Positions 49,054 to 62,050 of a stretch of DNA of 64,000 nucleotides are shown here, piece after piece. Origin of the DNA: an uncultured delta proteobacterium. Its GTDB lineage: Bacteria; Myxococcota_A; Polyangia; Polyangiales; Polyangiaceae. The translations under genes were made by a program, and so were the position numbers. Location of the stretch: NCBI GenBank assembly GCA_963841435.1, contig CAWJCS010000002.1:32001-96000 (forward strand), written 5' to 3'. Under the pieces are notes generated by a model that was given only the letters and a program-made list of their open reading frames with translations, was not told where the DNA came from and did not search any database. Numbering within the stretch: position 1 is the stretch's first letter; the number at the start of each line of letters is the position of its first letter.

Positions 49054-51203
49054 CTAACGCGTCCAACCCAGGCGCAACTCGGCTTTCAACCGGCTGGGAT
49101 CCGGCGTCGGCTGCTTGCAGGATCCGCGAACGCAGACGTACGCGACGGCCTTGCCGTCCCGAGCCCGTTTCCCGGCAGTCGTCGGCATGGCTCGCTCCTG
49201 CGCTCGGGTCGGGCCGTCCGAGCCGACCTCGACGCCCACGACCCAGGGAGGCAAAAGCCCGTTGTACGTCGTCGCCAGGCCCCCGCCCGTCCCGGCGATC
49301 ACGAGCTCGTAGAAGGGCCCTTCGGCGAGCAGGTCGGCGTCGAGCCACCCCGCCATGTCGATGCCACGCTCTCGGATCACGTCCGCGTGTGACCGGAGAG
49401 CGCGCTCTACGGGCTCGAGGAAGGCGTCCTTGCCGGAGAGGGCAGCCAGCTTCTCGAGGACGAGGAGCATCGTCGCGTTCCCCGAGGGCTCGACGCCGTC
49501 CGAGAGCTCAATCCGCCGACCGAGCGGCTCCTGCTCCGCCCCCGAGGTCAGAAACCAACCGCCGCTGGGACTGGCGAATCGATCCGTTGCCTGCTGGACC
49601 AGGCTGAGGGCCTGCGAAAGATAGTCCGGCTCGCCGGTGGCCTCGAACAGCGCGACGAGCCCCCCCGCGAGGAACGCGTAGTCGTCGAGCACGGCCGAGT
49701 TGCCCGCCCGTTTGCCATTCGAGCTTCGCGAAAGCTCGCCGCCGCCGCGACGGTTCAAGCGCCACGCGGCCCGTGCGGCCCGCTCGGCGGCGTCACGGAA
49801 GCGCCGTTCGCCGGAGGCTCGATACCCGAGTGCCAGGGCCCCGATGGCGAGCCCGTTCCAAGCGGTGACCATTTTGGTGTCGTAAGCCGGCTGTGGTCGC
49901 TGACGGCGGAAGGCGAGAAGCTTCGGCCGGCAGCGCTCCCAGAGCTTTTCGTCGAGAGCTCCCGTACGCCCGCTCGGGCGCAGCGTCGGAACGTTGGAGC
50001 CCTCGAAGTTGCCGGGTTGGGTCACGCCCAGGAGCGCTGCGACCGCACGCCCATCCTCTTCACCGAGGGCGGCGCCGAGCTCGCGCGGCGTGAAGAGGTA
50101 GGTGCTCCCTTCCTTGCCGGCCGCATCCGCGTCGAAGCTCGCGCCGAATCCCCCGCTCTCGGTCGTCATGTCCCTCAGCATGAAGTCGAGCGTGTCGAGC
50201 GCGACCAGACGATAGCGGGGCTCGTCGAGCGCAGCACCCGCCTCCAGGTACAGCGCGGCGAGCTGAGCGTTGTCGTAGAGCATCTTCTCGAAGTGCGGGA
50301 CCGTCCAGGTGGGCTCGGTGCTGTAGCGAAAGAAACCACCGCCGACGTGATCGCGAAGGCCGCCCTCCGCCATCGCATCGAGGGTCTTCCGAAGCGCCCG
50401 GCCGATTTCCTCGTCGCCCCACTTCCGGTACGCGTCGAGTAGGAACTTCCACTTGATCGGTGTCGGAAACTTGGTCCTGCCGCGAAATCCCCCCTGCTTT
50501 CGTCGACCATGCCGAGTGCCTGCCGCGCGAGGGCGTGAAGCTCGGACGGCTCGAGCGCCGCGCGGGCTTTTTCGGGCTGCATCGCCGCGATGCGCCGGTA
50601 GACCTCGGCACCGCTGTTCTCGACGCCGTTGCGATCGGTCCGGAACTTCTCCGCCGCGCTGCGAATCAGCTCGAGAAGACGTTCGTGCGGAAAGTACGTG
50701 CCTCCGAAGAAGGGCCGTAGCGACGGCGTGAGGAAGGTCGTCATGGGCCACCCGCCGCTTCCCGTCATCGTCTGGACGGCCTCCATGTAGACCTGATCGA
50801 GGTCCGGTCGCTCCTCGCGGTCAACCTTGATCGAGATGAAGTGCTCGTTCAAGAAGCTCGCCACGTCGTCCTGCTCGAAAACCTCCTGCTCCATGACGTG
50901 GCACCAATGGCAAGAGACGTACCCGATCGAGAGAAAGATCGGACGATCGAGCTTCACGGCGAGCGCCAACGCCTCGGGGCCCCAGGGGTACCAGTCGACC
51001 GGATTGTGGGAATGCTGGCGGAGATAGGCGGACGCCGCTCCAACGAGGTGGTTGCCCTGTTGGCGGATCTGCTCCGGGGTGCGAGTGAGAGCGGGCGCGG
51101 CTCGCGGCGGCGCCGCGTCGTGGCCGGCCTCGCGCGACGAGGCCCGGCACCCGAGAGCGAGCGCGAGCCCCAGGGCGGCGACGACTCGCAAGCGAACGAG
51201 CAT
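49054..51203 (-). CDS. YyaL/SSP411 thioredoxin-domain protein with lipoprotein signal (frameshift ~50490-50500)
   Basis: [44 protein letters not shown]. Confidence 0.88.
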
Positions 51204-51254
51204 GTTTCCCAGCATAGTCCCAGAGTGAGCGTGCGCTCTGCCGAGTCCCACGGC

Positions 51255-51630
51255 GTGCTCTTTGCCGAGAAGGCCTACTACGCCCTGCTTTTTTCTCGCG
51301 GGAACGGCCGCCGACATCGCGCTCCTCACCCGACAGCTCACGGTCTTTTTCGTGTCCATCGACGCCAAGCGCGGTGCGGATCTCACGCGCACGCCGTTCG
51401 CCGCTTTCGAAGCGGCGATCAGCTCGCCGGCGAGCTACGCCGATTCCCAACCGCTCGGTCGGGAGCTGCGCGCCGCGGGGATCGAGGCGTGTCGCTATCG
51501 TTCGGCGCGGGATCCCGGCGGCGGCAAGAACTTCGCGCTCTTCGAGCCCGCCTTCGCCGTCAAGAAGCCGCGGCGTACCGAGCGCTGGATTGCGACCGCA
51601 AGTCGCTCGCTCGTCGAATTCAAGCCGGGC
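51255..51630 (+). pseudogene. RES-domain toxin fragment
   Basis: AEKAYY...[13 protein letters not shown]...RYRSARD..G.N.ALF; N-terminus absent. Confidence 0.7.
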
Positions 51631-51814
51631 CTGGCCGTCAGGGGCGAGCGCGCCAGCTTCGCCCGCAGTGCTGCCGACCGCCGGGTGACCTGGCGGCCGG
51701 CGCGAATCTCGAATTTCATCACGAGCATCACGTCACGATGACGGCCCGCCCCGTTCGTGCGGCGCGGCGCTCGACCGGACGCAACACGGGCCGCGGAGTG
51801 CTACCCTGGCTCGC

Positions 51815-52969
51815 TTGGCCCGCGTTTCGCTCACCGCTTGCTTTGCGTTCGTCGGCGCGCTCGCCGTTTCGACGAGCGCGTACGCAAAGCCACCGATCCG
51901 CCTGCGAGTGCTCACCTGGAACGTGTGGGGTCTGCCGGCCGTTTCGACGAACCTCGAAGCACGCATGGCCGCGCTGCCGGACGCGATCACGAGCGTCAAC
52001 CCCAACGTCGTGCTCCTGCAGGAGCTCTGGGCCGAAGGCGACGGCGACCGGCTGACCGAGAACCTCGCTCACCGTGGCTATCCGTACGCCAGCCATCTCG
52101 CGCACACTGAGTCCGGGATGACGGGTCTGTTCGCCGCCTCCAAGCTTCCGCTCAAAAACGTCGGCTTCCTGCCGTTCGCGAGCGGGCGCGTCGGCCACTC
52201 GTTCTGGCACCTGGAGTGGATTGCCTCCAAGGGGGTCGGCAGCTTCCTCGTCGAGACACCGCTCGGCGAGCTCGCCGTCCAGAACACCCACCTTCAAGCT
52301 CAGTACGACACCGACCGCTATGCGGCGGAGCGGCTCTCGCAGGCGAGCGAAATCCTGTTGATGCACCAGGACCGCGCGCTCCCGCTCGTTTTGGCCGGCG
52401 ACTTCAACAGCGGCGCCGAAGAGCTACCGCGCCGAGCGCTGCTCGACCTCGATGCGCTGAGGGACACGACGCCGTCCCCGCGTCCGGACACCATTTACGT
52501 CCGGAGCGGCGGCAGCACGAGCATCCGTGTCCTCGACACGCGCCAGGCCCTCACCGAGGCCGTGAAGCTCGACAACGGTGCCACGGTCGAGCTTTCCGAC
52601 CACCCCGCCGTCGTCGTCGACCTCGAGCTCTCGTCGTGCGCGACGTGCGCGCCGGCCGCCGTCCCTGATTCGAGCATGCGTGAGACGGCACGCTCGGCGC
52701 TCATCGAGGCCGCTGCCATCACGCCGTTTCGCGTAGCGCTCGCGCTCTCCGCGGCCGCGGCGCTGCTCGCCGTCGCCGTGTCGTTGTTCCGTCGCACGCG
52801 CTCGCTCGGAGGCCGATCCCGGGGCTTTCGTCTCTTTCGCCAGATGAGCCTCGCCCTTTTGACGGCCGGCTTCGTCTGGATGACCTACCTCGGCGGCCTC
52901 TACTACCCGTCGCGCGCGAAGGCGCTCCGGCTAGTTGCCGGGGAGCTCGAGACGCTCCGATCCCGGTGA
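51815..52969 (+). CDS. EEP-family phosphodiesterase, neutral sphingomyelinase-like
   Basis: TWNVWGL, LQE, NTHL, GDFN, SDH; signal peptide and two C-terminal TMs. Confidence 0.82.
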   Translation: MARVSLTACFAFVGALAVSTSAYAKPPIRLRVLTWNVWGLPAVSTNLEARMAALPDAITSVNPNVVLLQELWAEGDGDRLTENLAHRGYPYASHLAHTESGMTGLFAASKLPLKNVGFLPFASGRVGHSFWHLEWIASKGVGSFLVETPLGELAVQNTHLQAQYDTDRYAAERLSQASEILLMHQDRALPLVLAGDFNSGAEELPRRALLDLDALRDTTPSPRPDTIYVRSGGSTSIRVLDTRQALTEAVKLDNGATVELSDHPAVVVDLELSSCATCAPAAVPDSSMRETARSALIEAAAITPFRVALALSAAAALLAVAVSLFRRTRSLGGRSRGFRLFRQMSLALLTAGFVWMTYLGGLYYPSRAKALRLVAGELETLRSR

Positions 52970-53142
52970 CCCCCGCGGGGTCCAGCGCGTGAGCACGCTC
53001 GGACCCCCTCGAGACCGCGATCTCGGCGCCCGCGAAACCCCGTAGGGTCTCTCACGGTCGAGCGATTGGCCCACCCGTGATGGCGGGCGCCGAGCTCATC
53101 GAGGCCCGGCTTGCGCCGGGCATCGATGCAACGCGGGGCGTC

Positions 53143-53502
53143 TTACCAGCGGTGACCGCCGCCGCCGCCGCCGCCGCGACGCGGGCCACCACGGCCACGG
53201 TCGCCGCCGCCGCCGCCGCCGCCGCCCCTGAAGCCGCCGCCGTCCGGGCGCGGCCGACGCTCCTCGGCGATGTTCACGCGGAGCGGACGCCCCTCGAGAT
53301 CGGCGCCGTTCAGCTCGTCGATGGCACGCTGCGCTTCCTCGTCCGTCGACATGGACACGAATGCGAAGCCGCGCGAACGGCCGCTCTCGCGGTCGATGAC
53401 GAGCTTGACCTCCGCGACCGCACCGCACTGAGCGAAGGTGCGTTGCAGCACGTCCTCAGTGGTGTGAAAGGAGAGGTTTCCCACGTAAAGCCTGTTGTTC
53501 AT
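53143..53502 (-). CDS. RRM RNA-binding protein with Gly/Arg-rich tail
   Basis: RNP2 LYVGNL, RNP1 RGFAFV. Confidence 0.95.
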   Translation of the reverse strand: MNNRLYVGNLSFHTTEDVLQRTFAQCGAVAEVKLVIDRESGRSRGFAFVSMSTDEEAQRAIDELNGADLEGRPLRVNIAEERRPRPDGGGFRGGGGGGGGDRGRGGPRRGGGGGGGHRW

Positions 53503-53742
53503 CAGCGTTCCTTTTGTTGCGGCCTTCTTGCGCCTGTGTGGCGCTCTAACTGTCCCGAGCCCGGAGACCGCGATCCCGAACGCCGGCTGGCAACGAACTG
53601 TCTTGCCTCACAGGCTTGGAAACGACTTTCCGCAATCGCCGGAGGGCGACGGACAGCCAGGCGGTTACCGAAAACGCTGTGTGGCGCCTCACATAGCGCC
53701 TCCGAAAGCGTGGCGCAACGGCGGCGCAGGGGGGGGTCAAGC

Positions 53743-53771
53743 TTGACTTCTACGCGAGAAAAACCTACTAT
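53743..53771 (+). promoter_or_regulatory. sigma70 promoter
   Basis: TTGACT-17-TACTAT; the -35 lies inside the palindrome GTCAAGCTTGAC (53736-53747). Confidence 0.7.
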
Positions 53772-53972
53772 CTCTAGAGAAACGCGAGCGTTCTCGGCAG
53801 GATCCTGCTGCGTGGCGCTCGGCGCGCACGCGGCCCGCCCGGTGGCCGTCTGGCGTTCGACGGCGGCGTTCGGGCCGCGTCGAGGATTCGCCGCGGCTTG
53901 CCCGGGCCGTGAACCCTCCTCGATCACCCAAGCGGCGAGCCGCCGTGCCACCAGAACCAGCAGCGGAGCCCG

Positions 53973-54578
53973 ATGACGACCAAGCTCTACGTAGCGAGCC
54001 TGCCGCTCGACCCGAGCACCGACGACCTCACGGCGTACTTCGGCCGTTGCGGCGAAGTGCTGAGCGTCCGGCTCGTCGCCGACCGCGAGACGGGGCGCGC
54101 CCGCTCCGCGGCGATCGTCACGATGGGTGCCCACGGTGACGCTCGGCGCGCCGTGACGGAGCTCGACGGCATGGTCTACGAGCGCAAGGTGCTGGCCGTG
54201 AGCATCGTGCGCGAGCAACCGTTTGGCGACGACGATCGCTCCGCGAAGAAGGGCACGCCGCGTCGTGACCTCAAGGCACGCATCACGCAGCAGTTCCGTC
54301 AGCTCGAGAATCTGACGTACGAGCTCGACTGCGCGGGCACGCCACTCGTCCTCCGCATGTTCTTTCCACTCGAGCAGGGCCCCACCGGCCAGTGGCGCCT
54401 CGAGGCGCGGGCGAGCCATGCCGACGACGCTGCCGTCGTGCACGCCAGCGCCACGACGCGCCGCCAAGCTCTGCTCAACGTCGCGGCGCGCTGTCGTTCC
54501 GACGACCCGCTTCACCCTTTCCCCAACGTCGACTGGGAAGCCGTCGAGCAGGCCCTCGGCGACGTGCGCGCGCTCTGA
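53973..54578 (+). CDS. Degenerate RRM fused to an unknown ~100-aa domain
   Basis: KLYVASL, DRETGRAR, AVTELDG. Confidence 0.8.
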   Translation: MTTKLYVASLPLDPSTDDLTAYFGRCGEVLSVRLVADRETGRARSAAIVTMGAHGDARRAVTELDGMVYERKVLAVSIVREQPFGDDDRSAKKGTPRRDLKARITQQFRQLENLTYELDCAGTPLVLRMFFPLEQGPTGQWRLEARASHADDAAVVHASATTRRQALLNVAARCRSDDPLHPFPNVDWEAVEQALGDVRAL

Positions 54579-54940
54579 GTCGCGTTCGAAGGCGCGGCAT
54601 CGAGCCGCCGTCGCGGCGCGCTCAGGGCACCGTGAGCGAGAGCACGTTTTCGTTGGGGTCTTTGAACCACGCCACCGCCCGAACGGCATCGGGCTCGGGT
54701 GTTGCTCGTCGACGACGACCCCGCGCAGCGCCGAACGGGTCGACGCCGGCTTGCCCGCCGCCGAGCAAATCCGCCGCATCTTTCCACGGCAACGAGCGCT
54801 CATCGCGAGTGACGATGTCTTGGTCCGTTCATCGGTGCGCGATCATCGCCCGAGCCGCCGAGTTGCTCTTCGGACCGCGTCACACGAGCGTCACCGTCGC
54901 TTTGGTGGCCCGCTCGGTCGGAGATGCTAATTTGTCAGGT

Positions 54941-55726
54941 GTGTCCTCGTCGGAGTTCGCTCGCGAGTTCTTCGATACCGGCTACCTGGTCCTCAGGGGC
55001 TTCTTCCCCCAGGCCCAGGTGGCCGTCCTGGCGGCGGCCTTCGACCGCCTCGAAGCCCGGGCCCAATCCCTCACCTCCACGGGAAACGTCGGCGAAGCCC
55101 TGTTCGTGGTGGAGGCGGGGTCGTCTCCCGTGCGCATCGATCGCATCGTGTGGTGCGGGGGAGCCGAGCCGGTCCTCGGGGAGCTCGGCCGCGCGCCCCG
55201 GCTGCTCTCGCCCGTGGCGGCCCTGCTCGGGAGCCGCGAGATGGACCAGCTCATCAACCAGGCTCACATCAAAAACCCCGGGGACGGCGTGGCCTTCGCC
55301 TTCCACCAGGACAGCTCCCACCGCCGGTATGGCACGGACCTTTTCCACGACGTGAACGGTCGCGGCAGTTTCGTCCAGACCATCACCGCGCTCGACGCCA
55401 TGAACGAGGACAATGGCGGGCTGTTCGTGCTGCCCGAAAGTCATGGTCGCGGGCACGTGCCGACCCAGGACGGCCGCCTGCCCCCCGAAGCGTTCGACCT
55501 CTCGCACGCGGTCCCGCTGCGGCTCGACCCGGGCGATACGGCGCTTTTGAGCCCGTTCGTCGTTCACGGCAGCGGGCCGAACCACGGAGCCACCAAGCGC
55601 CGCTTGTTCATCAACGGTTTCGCCTCGCCCGGTGCAAACCGGCGCGAGTACCCCGGCGCCGGTCGCGGGCTCCGAGTCGTCGCCCCCGGAATGCGCAACG
55701 GCGTGGGCCCGTCGCGGGCGGCCTGA
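54941..55726 (+). CDS. Phytanoyl-CoA dioxygenase family (Fe/2OG)
   Basis: GYLVLRG, FHQD, NGGL..LP.SH, VHGSGPN..R. Confidence 0.88.
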   Translation: MSSSEFAREFFDTGYLVLRGFFPQAQVAVLAAAFDRLEARAQSLTSTGNVGEALFVVEAGSSPVRIDRIVWCGGAEPVLGELGRAPRLLSPVAALLGSREMDQLINQAHIKNPGDGVAFAFHQDSSHRRYGTDLFHDVNGRGSFVQTITALDAMNEDNGGLFVLPESHGRGHVPTQDGRLPPEAFDLSHAVPLRLDPGDTALLSPFVVHGSGPNHGATKRRLFINGFASPGANRREYPGAGRGLRVVAPGMRNGVGPSRAA

Positions 55727-55808
55727 CTTCGCGCGGCCCCTCCGGGCCGTGCGGGCTTGCCGGACGGGCGAGCGCGCCCTATGTACGGTCGAAATTCGGA
55801 GGAAGCCC

Positions 55809-56321
55809 TTGAATCCAGCCTTGATTCGCTGTGTCCTTGCCGCGAGCTTCGTGGCGTGCGGCGGCAGCCAGCCGCCCGCGGAGTCCGCGCCTGCGCCCGC
55901 TCCCGCGGCGTCGGCGCCGGCGTCGGTGTCAGAGCCGGTCGCCACCGAAGCCCCCATGCCTGACGCCTTCGACGACATGAACCGTGACCAGCGCATGACG
56001 TTCATGAAGACGAGCGTGATGCCCAAGATGCGCGAGCTGTTCCAGAACTACGACTCGGCTCGCTATGCGGACTTCGGTTGCGTCACTTGCCACGGTGCCA
56101 GCGCCAAGGACGGCACCTTCAAGATGCCGAACCCCGAGCTGCCGAAGCTGCCGAGCACGCCAGAAGGCTTCAAGGCGCTCGGGGAGAAGAACCCCGGCGC
56201 TATGCAGTTCATGGGCAAGGAGGTAAAGCCGACGATGGCCTCCCTGCTCCATGAGGAGCCGTTCGATCCGAAGACGGGCAAGGGCTTCGGTTGTCCCGAA
56301 TGCCACACGTCCGGGAACTGA
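55809..56321 (+). CDS. Diheme c-type cytochrome lipoprotein
   Basis: FVAC lipobox; CVTCH and CPECH. Confidence 0.82.
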   Translation: MNPALIRCVLAASFVACGGSQPPAESAPAPAPAASAPASVSEPVATEAPMPDAFDDMNRDQRMTFMKTSVMPKMRELFQNYDSARYADFGCVTCHGASAKDGTFKMPNPELPKLPSTPEGFKALGEKNPGAMQFMGKEVKPTMASLLHEEPFDPKTGKGFGCPECHTSGN

Positions 56322-57055
56322 GCGAGCTTCTCGCGCGAGCCGAGCGGGTGCTCGCGTTCACGGGCGCCGGCGTGTCCACGGCGAGCAACATCCCGGATTT
56401 TCGAGGGCCAAATGGCGTTTGGCGCACGCGCACGCCCGTCGAGTTCGACGCTTTCATGAGCGACGAGGAAGCGCGCGCCGAGTACTGGTCCTTCAAGCTC
56501 GAGGCGCACGCCGGCTTCCGTAGCGCGCGTCCCAACGCCGCACACACCGCCCTCGTCGCGCTCGAACGTTTGGGCAAGCTCGAGGCCATCGTCACGCAGA
56601 ACATCGACGGTCTTCACCGCGATGCCGGCACCTCGCTCGAAAAGCTCGTCGAGCTGCACGGAACGCAAGCCGAGGTCGTGTGCATGAGCTGCGGGCGCCG
56701 CCAGCCCGTCCAGGGGCCCATGGAGGAGTTCGAGCGCACGCGGCGGCCGCCTTCGTGTGTGCCGTGCGGTGGCATCCTCAAGCCGGGCGTCGTCATGTTC
56801 GGCGAGGCGCTCGACGAAGACACGCTGCGGCGCGCGTACGCGGCCGCGCGGCGCGCCGATCTCGTGCTGTCGCTCGGATCGTCGCTCGTGGTCACGCCCG
56901 CGGCCGACGTGCCGCTCGTCGCCGCGCGGCGCGGTGTGCCCTACGTCATCGTGAACCGCGGCGCGACACCGCACGACGCGGTCGCCACCCTCACCCTCGA
57001 CGACGAGGTGGGCGCGGTGCTCGAGGCGGCTGTCGCGCCACTCGTTGCCGGCTGA
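56300..57055 (+). CDS. cobB: Sir2-family NAD-dependent deacylase
   Basis: TGAGVST, IPDFRG, TQNIDGLH, LHG, two CxxC, GSSL.V.PAA. Confidence 0.93.
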   Translation: MPHVRELSELLARAERVLAFTGAGVSTASNIPDFRGPNGVWRTRTPVEFDAFMSDEEARAEYWSFKLEAHAGFRSARPNAAHTALVALERLGKLEAIVTQNIDGLHRDAGTSLEKLVELHGTQAEVVCMSCGRRQPVQGPMEEFERTRRPPSCVPCGGILKPGVVMFGEALDEDTLRRAYAAARRADLVLSLGSSLVVTPAADVPLVAARRGVPYVIVNRGATPHDAVATLTLDDEVGAVLEAAVAPLVAG

Positions 57056-57100
57056 GCGGGCCGAGGCCGGGCACTCCCGGAACCGCCGCCCCGTGGCTCC

Positions 57101-57201
57101 CCATGTGTTGCCAAATGCAACATATGGTTTGATGCTATTTGGGACACCAGCTGATATTGTCCATGAAATCATTGTGTTTTTTGGATGGCACGCGACGTGC
57201 T
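57101..57201 (+). promoter_or_regulatory. sigma54 promoter with upstream palindromic enhancer
   Basis: CCATGTGTTGC-CAAAT-GCAACATATGG (57101-57127), AT-rich spacer, TGGCACGCGACGTGCT (57186-57201). Confidence 0.7.
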
Positions 57202-57229
57202 CAAGGGGTTGGCTCAAGGAGGCTTCCTC

Positions 57230-57409
57230 ATGAAGCACGTTCTCGGAAAATCGATCGCCATCGCGACCCTGCTCGCCATCCCGTCCGCCGCCATTGCGAG
57301 CACCCTTGCGCCACCCGCCAGCCCCATGGCTGACGAGAAGCCCAAGGCCAAGCCGAAGGCGAAGGACATGAAGAAGAAGGATCATCCGGCTCCGGCTCCG
57401 TCGAAGTGA
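57230..57409 (+). CDS. Small secreted Lys/Pro-rich protein (59 aa)
   Basis: SD AAGGAGG; signal peptide ending AIA. Confidence 0.7.
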   Translation: MKHVLGKSIAIATLLAIPSAAIASTLAPPASPMADEKPKAKPKAKDMKKKDHPAPAPSK

Positions 57410-57532
57410 CGGGTGGCCCGCGAGGGGTTCCAAGCGGGCAGAAATTCGAACGCCTGGCGCGCGCGGGGTCTCCAAGAGCCCCCGCGCGCCAGGGCGCAGG
57501 GGCGGAATTCGTTCGTCGCCGTCGAGGTCGCC

Positions 57533-57973
57533 ATGAAGAGCGTCGAGAACTACACCCCTTTGAGCCTTGCCGTTTCGCCGCGGGTTTTGCTGGCGGAGGA
57601 CGACTCGAGCCTGAGGATCTTGATCGCCCAGGCGCTGCGGCAAGATGGCGTCGAGGTGATCGAGATTGCCGACGGCAATGCGCTCGTCGACCATCTCGCC
57701 GAAGGGGTGGCGAAGGACGGGTCGCTCGACGGTTTCGACCTGATCGTTTCCGACATCCGCATGCCTGGCTTCAATGCCCTCGAAGTGATGGGTGGCCTGC
57801 GGCGGCTTCTCTCGCGCACGCCCGTCGTTTTGATCACCGCGTTCGGCGATCCGCGGACGCATCAACGCGCGAAGCAGCTCGGCGCCGCGGCCGTGCTCGA
57901 CAAACCTTTCGACATCGATCAGCTGCGTGCCACGGTGGCGCGCTTGCTCGAACAGCGGAGGGCGAGCGGCTGA
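57533..57973 (+). CDS. Single-domain response regulator
   Basis: LLAEDD, SDIRMP, ITAF, KPF. Confidence 0.9.
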   Translation: MKSVENYTPLSLAVSPRVLLAEDDSSLRILIAQALRQDGVEVIEIADGNALVDHLAEGVAKDGSLDGFDLIVSDIRMPGFNALEVMGGLRRLLSRTPVVLITAFGDPRTHQRAKQLGAAAVLDKPFDIDQLRATVARLLEQRRASG

Positions 57974-58042
57974 TGTGCCGTGCCGCCCGCGGCTTCTTCG
58001 CGTCTCGGGTGAGTGACGCCCCGCGCGCGCTATCTTCCGGGC

Positions 58043-60900
<2,858 letters not shown>

Positions 60901-60970
60901 CACCACTTTACCGGTGCCGGAGCGCTTCCGAAATGGGCTCGGGTGCCCGAGACCCGGCCGCGCGCACGGC

Positions 60971-61825
60971 TCAGCTCTCTTCGAGCAGGCCGCGGAGGCG
61001 TGCGGGCGCGATGCGGTACTCGTGCTTGCAGTATTCGCAAGAAATTTCGAGCACTTCACCACCTTCGAGCAAATGCTCGACGTCCGCCTTTGGCAGTGTG
61101 GCGATCGCGGAGACGACACGGAGCTCGTCGCACCAGCACTCGAAGCCGACGCTGCTCTCTTCGAGGCGCGTGAACGGCATGCCGTAAAGCAGCTGATCGA
61201 GCAGCCCCTCGGGCGAGAAGTCGGCCTCGCCGACGCGCTCGTCGATGCTCTCGAAGTCTCGCAGGCGCTCGGTCATGACCATCAACGGGCCGCGCCCGAC
61301 CTCGGGCAAGAGCTGGACCATGTAGCCCCCGGCCGCGACGACCTGATCGCCTTCGAGCACCGTGCTCACGGAGATCATCGACACGACCTGCTCCGAGGTC
61401 TGCATGTACTCCATGAGAGCCTGGGAGATGCCGCCGCCGCTCGGCAGCTCGACGATTCCCTGAGCGACGCGGCCGCTCGGTAGCGTGCGCATCATTTGAA
61501 TCACGGCACCGCCGTCCAGCCCGAGCTCGCCGCCCGGCTTGACCTGCACGAGCCCGCGCGTGCGCCCGGAGGGATGCGAGTCGGCGACGAGGCTGCCCGA
61601 CTTTCCCGCGCCCTTGAGCACGCCCTGCACGCGCAGCTGTGGGGCCATGGTTTCGCGGTACAGAATGGCGCCCGTGATGAGCTCGCCGAAGGCGCGCGCC
61701 GTGCCGCCCGTCGCGCCCTGGATCGCGACGGCGCCGCGCACGGTGTCGGTGGTGCGGGCGGTGATGACGCGAAACGCGCCGTCGTCCGTGATGGCGCGCA
61801 GCACGCTGTCGGACGAAGCCGCCAT
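60971..61825 (-). CDS. hslO: Hsp33 redox-regulated chaperone
   Basis: YMQTSEQ, AAGGYMVQLLP, CWC...CEYC zinc motif. Confidence 0.92.
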   Translation of the reverse strand: MAASSDSVLRAITDDGAFRVITARTTDTVRGAVAIQGATGGTARAFGELITGAILYRETMAPQLRVQGVLKGAGKSGSLVADSHPSGRTRGLVQVKPGGELGLDGGAVIQMMRTLPSGRVAQGIVELPSGGGISQALMEYMQTSEQVVSMISVSTVLEGDQVVAAGGYMVQLLPEVGRGPLMVMTERLRDFESIDERVGEADFSPEGLLDQLLYGMPFTRLEESSVGFECWCDELRVVSAIATLPKADVEHLLEGGEVLEISCEYCKHEYRIAPARLRGLLEES

Positions 61826-61864
61826 CATCAGATTGTACCACGCCCTAGCGACCGCTTCATGCGC

Positions 61865-62050
61865 TCAGGAGAGCTCCATCTCGTCGTCCGTTTCCCCGTC
61901 GGACGAAAGCGGTGTGCTGATGCGGTAGGTCCCGGTGAGCCAGTGGTAGAGGTCCACCTTCTTGCAGCGCTGGCTACAGAAGGGGCGCGAGGGGTGGTCG
62001 TCGGGGGCGTCCTCGATGACCGACTTGCAGATGGGGCATACGATGCGCAT
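61865..62050 (-). CDS. yacG: DNA gyrase inhibitor
   Basis: CPIC...PFCSQRCK..DL..W....Y.I. Confidence 0.9.
   Translation of the reverse strand: MRIVCPICKSVIEDAPDDHPSRPFCSQRCKKVDLYHWLTGTYRISTPLSSDGETDDEMELS

Noticed and set aside
56300-57055. Sir2 as an antiphage (Thoeris/DSR) effector
   Set aside because: Has the zinc-binding CobB-type deacylase architecture and no defence partners.
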